Source of the DNA: Fidelibacterota bacterium | GTDB lineage: Bacteria; Fidelibacterota; UBA8477 | Reading direction: 5' to 3' | DNA length: 49,378 nt | Assembly: GCA_021734065.1 (NCBI GenBank) | Contig: JAIPJQ010000005.1 | Span: 1-49,378 of the forward strand | In this document: one piece after another, positions 21,406 through 30,681 of the stretch | Layout of the letters: the number at the start of each line of letters is the position of its first letter | Numbering within the stretch: position 1 is the first letter of the stretch | Translations under genes and position numbers: made by a program | Notes under the pieces: generated by a model | The model's database searches: none | What the model was told of the DNA's origin: nothing | The model's input: the letters and a program-made list of their open reading frames with translations, nothing else

Positions 21406-24400
21406 ATGAAGCTAAATTTGAAAACAACTTTCAGTTTAATAATCCTGGTTCCCATGTTGGTTTGGGCTGCGGGACCGGGTAAAGCACAACGATCCGTGGT
21501 GTCACCTCAGTTGGCACGGGCAAACGGACTGGGTGTTGATGCCAATGATCATGACTCGCGCAAAATCGCCTGGCATGACGGTAATAAAATCCTGACCCGT
21601 TTTTATAACTTCGCGGCCATCTCGAATTGGAGAATAGCGGGTCGCTATGATTGCGGAATCTATCCCATCGGTTCGGGTCACTCCTATATGGCAGAGTTTA
21701 CGCCCCTCATTGCAAGTCAGGTGAAGGATGCCAGGGGACTGACCCAATACATCATCAGTGACGGAACATCCGCTTCCGCACAGGATGTGGCACCCTCCGG
21801 CTATCTTTACCAGTTTGAACCGGTGTTAGGCTATGCCAATCCAAACGACTCTCTGTTGGCCATGAGCGATGATTCCATATCCTGGCCCGATACCTGGCCT
21901 GGAAAGCCTGACAGTTGGGACGGAAAATGGAATGGCCAATACGGACAATACAACCGGGCGGACCAGGAGAGCTATTTCCATGTGGACGATTTCAATAACG
22001 ATGAATTCAACTACTATTCCTTTTACCGGGAAGGTTATGCAGATTTAAATGGCAGGTTCCTGGCTGCTGTTGATGCTGACAGCTCGCGGTATGGCTACCT
22101 CATAGATGCGGATGTGGATTTTACTACTGGTGTCGTTGACCTAGCCACTTCCAAGGAGTTGGATACTCGTGGTGGCGACCGGCCTGATGTGGTTCAAATC
22201 AATGGTGAGCGATATTATTCGGTTGAAGAAGTTCTTGACGAGCATACACTGCTGCTTGAGTCAGTACGGGCTTCAGCGGCAGAAGATGTTTCCAACGCTA
22301 ATTACACCATTTGGAATGGCATCAAACGCGGGCTGGGAATGGATGTGTCTGCCCGCGGTTACCAGTGGGCGCACCCGGCTGCCGAGGACATTCTCATCTG
22401 GACATATTGGATTGAAAATGTCTCCGATCGTGATTACGAGAAATTCGTCTTCGGTATGTATGGCGATGCGGATGTGGGCGATGACGGGGATCAGTATGAT
22501 GATGATTCCATGTTCGAAACCGTAGATGATATCGTTTACCAATGGGATCATGACATGTGGTCACCGGTAAAAGGCGGCTTCGAACCGGCCTATTTCGGCT
22601 GGAAATATCTGGAGTCACCCGGTAATCCGCTGGATGGTGTGGACAATGATGAAGATGGCATGATTGACGAAAGCCAGGATGATGGGATTGATAACGATGG
22701 CGATTGGGACCCGCGAATTGATGATGTGGGGACCGATGGTTTGGGACCTCAACATGGGGAGTATACAGGACCCGACGCGGATGGTACGGAAGGAAATGGT
22801 GTTCCGGATCCGGGTGAGCCCAATTTTGAATACACCGATAATGATGAATCGGATCAGTTGGGTTTGACCAGCTTCACGGCCGCTGCTTATCCGGCTATCG
22901 CGCCCAGCGACGACGCGCTGACCTGGACCCAGTTGGTTCCGGGCTCGTTTACGGATATTGCCCAGACAGTTGATATAACATTCATGTATGGTTCAGCCTA
23001 TTTCAAGCTGCCCCGGCAGGAAGAACGCAAGTTTGCTGTGGCCATGTTGTTTGGTGAGGATTTCCCGGATATTCTGCGCAACAGCCAGACCATGCAGCAG
23101 ATCTATAACAGTGATTACAGCTTTGCCAAACCACCCCTCAAACCCACCGTCACGGCGGTTGCCGGTGACCGGCGTGTGACGCTCTATTGGGATTCCAAAG
23201 CCGAACTGAGCCAGGATCCTATCTATGGTCGTGATTTTGAAGGGTATCGAATCTATCGCGCCACGGATCCGGCGTTCAACGAAAGCTGGGTCATTACCGA
23301 CGCGTATGGCAATCGCACCTTCAACAAGCCCATCGCACAGTTCGATATTGTGAATGGGTTAACCGGTCCTCATCCCATCGGTCTCAACGGACTGCAAATG
23401 GACATGGGCACGGATAACGGGCTGGTACACTCCTGGACCGACACCACCGTCGAAAACGGCCAGCAGTACTACTACGCCGTGGTGGCTTATGACCAGGGCT
23501 ATGCCAACGACTTCTACGAGCGGGGAATTACCGAGATGCCGAATCTGCAGGAAATTTCTCCCTCTGAAACCAATAAGAAAATTGAGGTAAGCGCCTCCGG
23601 AACCGTAGTGGCGTATGACGACAATACCGTGGGTGTGATCCCCAATGCGCCGGCAATTGATTATATGGCTCCCGAAGTGGTGGCCGATACATCCCGGACG
23701 CTGAGTACGGGTAGTTTCGATATTCAACCCGTGGATCCGAATGCCATTCAGGATGGCAGTTCCTATGAGATTCGGTTCAGAGACTGGTCCAATGATGGCG
23801 TTGATAATGACGGGGATTGGCAGACTTTCACGGATGACTCCTTGTTCATTACCATGAGCTCCACGCTTACCATGATAATTCCGCCCAACAGTGACACACT
23901 GAATCTTCGATTCAGTAACGATCGTGCCACAGTGACGGGGCCAAATGTTACACGCTTTACTGCGTTTGGTTATTTCTGGGCGACCACCACAGTTTCCGTA
24001 GATACCACCAATGGAACGCCATTCTATTATGTGGCCATTCCCGATACCCAATTGGTCATACCACCCACGCTGGGTATATGGAACGGAACAGAGAATCTGC
24101 ACGATGATTTGGGTACCGACGGGTGTAATGACGAATACGAAGATGGATCGGGCGGATGTCTGGATGCACCGGATCCCGGTTATGTGGCCGGCACGGATCC
24201 CAATGGTGATAACTGGCATCCCACCACAAACCGATTTGGTACCCAGGCCAATGCTCAGGCCGATCCCGGAGAGCCCCATTTGGACATGCGGGACATTGAT
24301 GAAATTGTTCGGTTTACCTCGTGGTATGATGTGGTGAATACGACCACCGATCAGTTGATATTGCAGCACCAGACTGAACTGAGCGGTGAAAACCGTGGCG

Positions 24401-26091
24401 AGGTGGCGGAAGGTATCCAGATAAATCTCACCAATGATGTGATTGGTCTGGATCTGGATGGCAGCGGCTGGTCGCAGAGTGGACTCAATATGACCACCCG
24501 CCTGCTGCTCATCAACTATGGGAATTTTCAGGCGGTTGCCACGCCCTTCGATTATGTGATGGAGGTGACGCCAACCATTGTGGATACGGCGAAAAATATG
24601 AAGTTCACCGCATTCTCCCTGTATGATCAGACCAATCAGCAATCGGCCGAATTCATCTATCTGCCGGTGGAAAATGACACCCTGATCAAGGATGGTGGGA
24701 AACTCTATCCTTATATTGAGGTGGAAGGCCAGCAAAGGGTCGGCTACCAGATGGAATTTGTGGCGATTGCGGCGAATATCAATCATATGGTCAAATGGCA
24801 GGATGTCATGTTCTTTGCCACTGGTGATCGGGGATTGATACTCTGGGATGGCACCAATTGGCTACCCATTACCCAAACTGACGGACTGGCCGCCAATGCC
24901 ATTTATGACATGGTCGTGGATGCCTCCGATCGTTTGTGGGTCGCCACCAGTGGTGGTTTAAACCTCCAAACGCCCTACGGCTGGGAAACCTACGGCATTC
25001 CCAAAGGCGATAAGGGCGCTCTCACCGAGTTTAACGGTCTGACTATTGATACGGATGGTAATCTATGGGCTACCAGTCCCGATGGCGTTTTCAAAACCAG
25101 CCTGGGCACTATCGCGTGGTCCAACTACGACGAAACCAATGATGGCCTGGCTCAGCTGAGCAATGTAGCCATCGTGGCGCTGGATAGCGGGAAAGTACTG
25201 GCTGGTAGCAAAAGCCGCGGCTTGAGTCTCTACCATCCGGTGGCTGATTCGTTTACCGTGATTGACCGGAATAACTCCGATCTCCCGGACAACAATATCC
25301 AGGTGCTGACCAGGCGTGGGAATCGCGTTTTCATCGGAACCCGGTTACAGGGCTTTGCTGTGTATAACGATGACGACGGTACCATTGAATACACCAACAA
25401 GGACAGCCTGCTGGACCGGGGAGTGAGTGACATTCTCATTGGTGCGGACAATGTGGTGTTACTCGCCACGAAAGATGGTGTGGATTCGCTTACATATGTG
25501 GATAAAGACAATGTTACCTATCATAATCCCTTCACACGGGAATCCGATCCGGGTATCCTGAGCGATAATGTTCAGACGTTGTTTCTTGAAAATGATGAGT
25601 TGTGGTTCGGAACGAAGTATAATGTGGCCAGACGCACTGCTGAGGGCTGGAATAATTTCAACCCCCAACCGGGCGACAAATATGTCCTGCGAACAACCAA
25701 ACCCTTCTCCGGCCTGGATACACTCCGGTTCACATCCTATGGTGCCCGGGTGACCGGTGGTTTAGCATCCTCGGTTCTGGACGATATCGCCGTAGTCCCC
25801 AATCCTTATGTCGTTACAGCCAGCTGGGAACCACAGCACCTGTACTCATCCGGTCGGGGAACCCGCAAAATTGATTTCATCCACCTGCCAAGCCAATGCA
25901 CGATCCGGATATATACCATGAGTGGTAAGCTGGTGGATACGATTGAACATGATGCACCGGCTCAGAATGGCGCACAAAGCTGGGACTTGCTCTCCCGGGA
26001 CGGATTGGAGATCGCCTATGGCATGTATATCTACCATGTGGATGCACCTGGGATTGGGACAAAAGTCGGCAAATTCGCGGTGATTAAATAG
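21406..26091 (+). CDS. Large secreted protein (cargo 2), paralogue of cargo 1, with variant CTD
   Basis: ATG 21406 follows GAGGA (alternative start 21394). Colinear motifs shared with cargo 1: H.GN...T.FYN, P.GSG..Y..EF, ADQESY, RGYQW, FGMYGD, LESPG.P.D..DNDEDGM.DES, FN3-like PP.KP.VTAV.GD..VTLYWD and the VVPNPY...GK.A.IK terminus. Confidence 0.85.
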   Translation: MKLNLKTTFSLIILVPMLVWAAGPGKAQRSVVSPQLARANGLGVDANDHDSRKIAWHDGNKILTRFYNFAAISNWRIAGRYDCGIYPIGSGHSYMAEFTPLIASQVKDARGLTQYIISDGTSASAQDVAPSGYLYQFEPVLGYANPNDSLLAMSDDSISWPDTWPGKPDSWDGKWNGQYGQYNRADQESYFHVDDFNNDEFNYYSFYREGYADLNGRFLAAVDADSSRYGYLIDADVDFTTGVVDLATSKELDTRGGDRPDVVQINGERYYSVEEVLDEHTLLLESVRASAAEDVSNANYTIWNGIKRGLGMDVSARGYQWAHPAAEDILIWTYWIENVSDRDYEKFVFGMYGDADVGDDGDQYDDDSMFETVDDIVYQWDHDMWSPVKGGFEPAYFGWKYLESPGNPLDGVDNDEDGMIDESQDDGIDNDGDWDPRIDDVGTDGLGPQHGEYTGPDADGTEGNGVPDPGEPNFEYTDNDESDQLGLTSFTAAAYPAIAPSDDALTWTQLVPGSFTDIAQTVDITFMYGSAYFKLPRQEERKFAVAMLFGEDFPDILRNSQTMQQIYNSDYSFAKPPLKPTVTAVAGDRRVTLYWDSKAELSQDPIYGRDFEGYRIYRATDPAFNESWVITDAYGNRTFNKPIAQFDIVNGLTGPHPIGLNGLQMDMGTDNGLVHSWTDTTVENGQQYYYAVVAYDQGYANDFYERGITEMPNLQEISPSETNKKIEVSASGTVVAYDDNTVGVIPNAPAIDYMAPEVVADTSRTLSTGSFDIQPVDPNAIQDGSSYEIRFRDWSNDGVDNDGDWQTFTDDSLFITMSSTLTMIIPPNSDTLNLRFSNDRATVTGPNVTRFTAFGYFWATTTVSVDTTNGTPFYYVAIPDTQLVIPPTLGIWNGTENLHDDLGTDGCNDEYEDGSGGCLDAPDPGYVAGTDPNGDNWHPTTNRFGTQANAQADPGEPHLDMRDIDEIVRFTSWYDVVNTTTDQLILQHQTELSGENRGEVAEGIQINLTNDVIGLDLDGSGWSQSGLNMTTRLLLINYGNFQAVATPFDYVMEVTPTIVDTAKNMKFTAFSLYDQTNQQSAEFIYLPVENDTLIKDGGKLYPYIEVEGQQRVGYQMEFVAIAANINHMVKWQDVMFFATGDRGLILWDGTNWLPITQTDGLAANAIYDMVVDASDRLWVATSGGLNLQTPYGWETYGIPKGDKGALTEFNGLTIDTDGNLWATSPDGVFKTSLGTIAWSNYDETNDGLAQLSNVAIVALDSGKVLAGSKSRGLSLYHPVADSFTVIDRNNSDLPDNNIQVLTRRGNRVFIGTRLQGFAVYNDDDGTIEYTNKDSLLDRGVSDILIGADNVVLLATKDGVDSLTYVDKDNVTYHNPFTRESDPGILSDNVQTLFLENDELWFGTKYNVARRTAEGWNNFNPQPGDKYVLRTTKPFSGLDTLRFTSYGARVTGGLASSVLDDIAVVPNPYVVTASWEPQHLYSSGRGTRKIDFIHLPSQCTIRIYTMSGKLVDTIEHDAPAQNGAQSWDLLSRDGLEIAYGMYIYHVDAPGIGTKVGKFAVIK

Positions 26092-26097
26092 GAGGCC

Positions 26098-27147
26098 ATG
26101 ATGAAAAAGCTACTGATATCAGTTGTTGTGATGATGGTTGGGGCGACCTATTTACACGCGCAATTTGTGGAGAATGTCTCCAAGGTAGGTACCACAGCCG
26201 GTTCGTTTTTAGAAATTGGCATCGGCTCCCGGGCTATGGGAATGGGCGAAGCCTATGTAGGCATGGCCGATGATGTGACTGCATTATATTGGAATCCGGC
26301 CGGATTGGCGCTGATTCCCAGGAATCAGGTCACGTTCGTGCATACCCAATGGCTGGCCGACATCAATTTCAATCACATTGCCGGCGCTTTTCCCCTGGGT
26401 CGCTCCGGAACACTCGCGGCTTCGCTTACCTCGCTGAATATGGGTGAGGACAAAGTCAGAACCGTTTTTTATCCCGAAGGAACCGGCGAAATGTTCACCG
26501 CTTCCAGCGTGGCCATGAGTGTGGGATTTGCCCGTCGGTTTACGGATCGGTTCAGCTTCGGAGCTGCCGGAAAGTATATCCGGGAACAAATCTGGCACAT
26601 GAGTGCTTCAGCTCTGGCCGTTGACATTGGAACGCTGTTCCGCACCCAGTTCAATGATATGCGCATTGGGATGAGCATCTCCAATTTCGGTACAAGTATG
26701 CAATTAGAGGGACGGGATACACAAATTACCCATGACATTGATGAGTCCAAAGAGGGGAATAACTCCAAAATTTCTGCGCACCTGGATACGGACGAATGGT
26801 CGTTGCCACTGCTGTTCCGGGTCGGTATCGCCGGTGAGGTCATCCAGTCCAATCACCAGCGGCTCACTCTGGCTCTGGACGCCAATCATCCCAACAATTA
26901 CGCGGAAAGTGTACAGATTGGGGCAGAGTATGCCATCAGAGAATTCGCATTCCTGCGTATCGGTCACAAATTTTATCTGAATGATAAAAATGAAGATGGT
27001 GACCCCAATTCACCTGAGGGTTTTACAGCCGGAGCCGGCGTGAACCTGCTCATCTCCCGCAATACCAGATTCTATCTGGATTACAGCTATGGAGATTTTG
27101 GTCTGCTGGACCAGGTACAGCGGTTCAGTATAAATCTTGAGTTTTAA
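26098..27147 (+). CDS. PorV/PorQ-family (UPF0164-like) outer-membrane beta-barrel 2
   Basis: KVGTTAGSFLEIGIGSRAMGMGEAY....DD..ALYWNPAG. HTQWLADI. C-terminal RFSINLEF. AGGAGG RBS overlaps the upstream stop. Confidence 0.88.
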   Translation: MMKKLLISVVVMMVGATYLHAQFVENVSKVGTTAGSFLEIGIGSRAMGMGEAYVGMADDVTALYWNPAGLALIPRNQVTFVHTQWLADINFNHIAGAFPLGRSGTLAASLTSLNMGEDKVRTVFYPEGTGEMFTASSVAMSVGFARRFTDRFSFGAAGKYIREQIWHMSASALAVDIGTLFRTQFNDMRIGMSISNFGTSMQLEGRDTQITHDIDESKEGNNSKISAHLDTDEWSLPLLFRVGIAGEVIQSNHQRLTLALDANHPNNYAESVQIGAEYAIREFAFLRIGHKFYLNDKNEDGDPNSPEGFTAGAGVNLLISRNTRFYLDYSYGDFGLLDQVQRFSINLEF

Positions 27148-27170
27148 GCTGCCGCGTGCATAATTGGATA

Positions 27171-27223
27171 AGCCGGGATGCTGTTATAATATCCATAAGT
27201 GACAGTATCCCGGTTCCTTTTTT
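27171..27223 (+). terminator. Intrinsic terminator closing the duplicated cassette operon
   Basis: AGCCGGGATGCTGTTA...TGACAGTATCCCGGTT (16-bp stem with G-U pairs) followed by CCTTTTTT. Confidence 0.8.
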
Positions 27224-27323
27224 ATAAGCCCCATTTCAACAGATATGCCCGGTTTTATCACCCCTGGTTTCAGCCTATATTTCCTCCGAATCCTTTCACC
27301 TGCTTTAAAGGAGCTTTAACGCC

Positions 27324-28517
27324 ATGAGCAGCGTTTTCCACAAATACATAATACCCATACTTCTGCTTGCGCTTATTGGTACCGGCAGCGCTCAGAATCT
27401 TGTGCCCGGACAGAAACCTGAGCCGGTGAGATTCTGGTTGTCCAATGAGGGTGAGGCCTGGGGATATCTGACACGGGATGCAGTATTCCTCAAAGAGGAT
27501 AGTGGTTACACCCACCTGCGTGAATTAAAAGGCGTCACACAGGCACTCCTGTCACCCAACGGACAACTGGCTCTGTTGGCGCAACATGAACCCTACCGCA
27601 GCAGATTACGCCAGTCTCTCATCACAAGATTCTGGATAATTGACCAGGATGGCAGGGAATGGTTGAACTGGGAAGAAACCAATGCAGCAGATGAGACCCG
27701 CTGGCAGGCCGCCATCAGTAATGCCGGAATTCTGGCTCTGCTGGATCCCGGTTATGCCCGTCTGAAACTCATCGCCCCCAACGGGCGCATCATTCTGGAC
27801 AAAAAGCTGATCAAATCTACCCCGATGACCGAACACACCACCGTATTCAATCTGGAGCGTAAAGGGCGTCTGGGCTGGGTGAACGAACAGGTCATGGTTG
27901 TGCTGGAAGAACAGGCGTTTCGCCCCCAACATGCTGATAATGTGCTGACACTGGCGTTCGATGCAAATGGGAGCCTTGCCTGGGAATCAAAGCTTCCACT
28001 GACTCAAATTCAAGGCGCCCTGTTTGACGAAGCGGGACTTTTTATCTCCGGTTATGATTGGCATGACACCGATGCCGGGCGACAATTCCGATTTCAACTC
28101 CTGCAGGTGAATGTCCACTCCGGTCAAAGCGTAAACCAGTGGCAACGCCCGGCCAAACAAATGACCATTTCTCCCGATGGTGGCTGGCTTGCGGTTCTGG
28201 CAGAAGCTGATTCCGGTTACCGTATCGATCTGAAAAAAAATACTCTGGAGGCATTCAGCTTTCACAGTGAAACAGAATTTTTCCAACACCTGGTTGTGAA
28301 TGACGCCGGTGAAGTCATGGCCCTGGCAGTGTCAAAGTCCAATTTTCATCCATTAGAAATTTTTAAGAGCAATCGCATCAAACTGATGAAGCCACTCTCC
28401 GGTGAGACCCTGGAGCTCCAAACCACCGGTATCCAACAGGATCAGTTACACCTGCAAACCGACGGGAAAAAATATTATCTGGGCGATACCCAACGGTGGC
28501 GGGAGGTGGGGGAATGA
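27324..28517 (+). CDS. Secreted hypothetical protein, probably beta-propeller-like
   Basis: AAGGAG RBS, signal peptide (..IGTGSA-Q) and SP.G-type blade turns (LSPNGQ, ISPDGG). The stop overlaps the next ATG (ATGA). Confidence 0.7.
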   Translation: MSSVFHKYIIPILLLALIGTGSAQNLVPGQKPEPVRFWLSNEGEAWGYLTRDAVFLKEDSGYTHLRELKGVTQALLSPNGQLALLAQHEPYRSRLRQSLITRFWIIDQDGREWLNWEETNAADETRWQAAISNAGILALLDPGYARLKLIAPNGRIILDKKLIKSTPMTEHTTVFNLERKGRLGWVNEQVMVVLEEQAFRPQHADNVLTLAFDANGSLAWESKLPLTQIQGALFDEAGLFISGYDWHDTDAGRQFRFQLLQVNVHSGQSVNQWQRPAKQMTISPDGGWLAVLAEADSGYRIDLKKNTLEAFSFHSETEFFQHLVVNDAGEVMALAVSKSNFHPLEIFKSNRIKLMKPLSGETLELQTTGIQQDQLHLQTDGKKYYLGDTQRWREVGE

Positions 28518-30676
28518 TCCACCGCTTGCTGTTCCTTTTCCTAATCCTCACCATGGCACTCCGTGCTGAGTTTCCCTGGCCATTGGCACCCATGGATGAA
28601 CAGCACCGGGTTTCTGCTACTTTTGATGAATGCCGTGAAAATCGGGACCATTTTCATAGCGGCACTGATATTCCACTGGCGCAGGGCGGAGCCGTATTGT
28701 CCATCGAGTCCGGACAGGTCACCGGTTTCGACCCCAACGGGATCAACGCCTGGATACGAGTCGGCCGCTATGCCTATGTTCACGTCACACCCAATCCGGC
28801 CCTCAGCGTGGGAAATTATGTGAATCAGGGCGATGTGGTAGGCTGGACCAATGACCAAAACCATATTCATCTTAACGACGGCGGTGGCGCCAGCGGGTAT
28901 AGCTACGCAAATTCACTGCGTACCAATGGCATCGCGCCATTTGAAGATCCCTACCATCCCCGGTCGCCCATTATATCTTTTCGCCAGGATGGTACCGATA
29001 CACGCTTTACGGGAAGTGAAATCTCAGGTCGTGTGGACATCTGGGCGCAGGCTTCGGACACGACGGATACCTGGTCAAGCATTGATATGAATAATGGTGT
29101 TTATAAAATTGGTTGGGCTTTGTACAGCAGCGATACCAGCGCCGTTTTGGAGGGACCCTATTTTCATTTTCAGGCGGATAACCTGTATAACTCCAACTAT
29201 ATCAACAATCTCTACGCCCCGGGCAGCAGTACCAGCACCTACATCCACATTCTCACCAACAGCATTTACGCCAACGGCTCTCTGGATTGTGATGGATACG
29301 ATCCCGGTGAGTATGTGGTTGCAGTTATGTCAGCAGACACACGCAACAACTGGGATACGACGTATGTATCGGTGACCTTTACCGATGAAGATTTGGTAGC
29401 GCCCGAACCGCCGGTTTTCCAGTTTGCAGGCTTGAACGATGCTGGTGAAATGACCTTGAAATGGGAACCGCCCACTGCCGCTGACCTGGCTGGCTACAAT
29501 CTCTACTATTCCTTTGATGGGAATAACTGGACCAACAATCTGGGACCCGAAACACTCACCGCTGAAATGAGCAGTTATACCTTCTCCGGATTCCCTTCCA
29601 ACAGCTATATCCACCTAAAATTGACGGCTGTGGACGCGGCGCCAATCCCAAACGAAAGTGACTTTTCCGATACCTACGGTGTGAAAATGAATCTCACCGG
29701 TACCAATGTAATGGTTGTCGATGGATTTGACCGGACGACCGGATCGTGGACTGCAGCATCGCACCATTTCAACACCATTTTTGGAAAAGCCATCAGTGAC
29801 GCCATCCCGGATGTAAATATTGCCGCCGCATCCAATGAATGGATCCTGGCCGGGCAGGCTTTGGAGGATTGTGACGCGGTAATGTGGTTTGTGGGGGACG
29901 AGAGTCGGGATGACGAAACATTTTCTGTCGCCGAGCAGACCATCATTCAGAATTATCTCACCGGTGGCGGGAATTTGTTTCTTTCCGGTTCTGAAATTGG
30001 TTATGACCTCTCCGCTGGTGATGCCACAGACCAGGCATTCTTCTCACAATGGCTGGGATTGAATTATACCGGAGATGCCTCAGGAAATTACAGCCTGACG
30101 GGCTTATCATTGTTTGACGGTTTCTCAGCAACCTATGGCAGCCAACCCTACGAAGATGACTGGCCGGATTATTTCACCACCGCTGGGACCGGCCAGGTAT
30201 ATATCGATTATGGGAATGGCTTTCATGCGGGGATTGGGAATGCCATCGTCAACGGCGAACTGACGGGAAAAGTTTTAACTGTTGGATTTGCCTGGGAAAC
30301 CATGGCACACGCCGCGACACGCACAGATTTCATGACGAGATTATTTGATTATTTCGATACACCGGTGGGCATTGCCGGGGATGAGAATGCCGCCACCGCT
30401 GCTGAATATTCCCTTTCTCCCACATATCCTAATCCGGGCAATGCTCAGGTAGCAGTGGATATTTCCACGCCAAATGCGGGCCGATTCAATCTGGAAATCT
30501 TTGATATTTCCGGTCGTTTGATCTGGGAACAGGGGTATGATCTGACCAGAGGACGGCACCAGATTAGCTGGCAGACCCGGAATGAACATGGGGCAGAGGT
30601 CAGCAGCGGGATTTACCTCATGAAAATCCAGGGAATGAATCAGAACTGGTTTCGAAAGGTAACCCTTATTAAATAG
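28514..30676 (+). CDS. Secreted M23-family metallopeptidase-domain protein with FN3 and T9SS type-A/FlgD-Ig CTD
   Basis: ATG 28514 follows GGAGG. HSGTD (HxxxD) and HIH (HxH) zinc motifs. FN3-like L.WEPP...DLAGYNLY.S.DG..W. A VDGFDR...W..GDES..DETF module. C-terminus YPNPGN...IFDISGRL...SSGIYL...KVTLIK. Confidence 0.82.
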   Translation: MIHRLLFLFLILTMALRAEFPWPLAPMDEQHRVSATFDECRENRDHFHSGTDIPLAQGGAVLSIESGQVTGFDPNGINAWIRVGRYAYVHVTPNPALSVGNYVNQGDVVGWTNDQNHIHLNDGGGASGYSYANSLRTNGIAPFEDPYHPRSPIISFRQDGTDTRFTGSEISGRVDIWAQASDTTDTWSSIDMNNGVYKIGWALYSSDTSAVLEGPYFHFQADNLYNSNYINNLYAPGSSTSTYIHILTNSIYANGSLDCDGYDPGEYVVAVMSADTRNNWDTTYVSVTFTDEDLVAPEPPVFQFAGLNDAGEMTLKWEPPTAADLAGYNLYYSFDGNNWTNNLGPETLTAEMSSYTFSGFPSNSYIHLKLTAVDAAPIPNESDFSDTYGVKMNLTGTNVMVVDGFDRTTGSWTAASHHFNTIFGKAISDAIPDVNIAAASNEWILAGQALEDCDAVMWFVGDESRDDETFSVAEQTIIQNYLTGGGNLFLSGSEIGYDLSAGDATDQAFFSQWLGLNYTGDASGNYSLTGLSLFDGFSATYGSQPYEDDWPDYFTTAGTGQVYIDYGNGFHAGIGNAIVNGELTGKVLTVGFAWETMAHAATRTDFMTRLFDYFDTPVGIAGDENAATAAEYSLSPTYPNPGNAQVAVDISTPNAGRFNLEIFDISGRLIWEQGYDLTRGRHQISWQTRNEHGAEVSSGIYLMKIQGMNQNWFRKVTLIK

Positions 30677-30681
30677 ACCGT

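Noticed and set aside
23359-24786. 475-aa antisense ORF inside cargo 2, and many shorter antisense or alternate-frame ORFs in the track
   Set aside because: They are shadow ORFs of genes with clear motif support. The Ile/His/Arg-rich composition is what reverse-complementing Asp/Asn/Gly codons gives, and they have no recognisable motifs.
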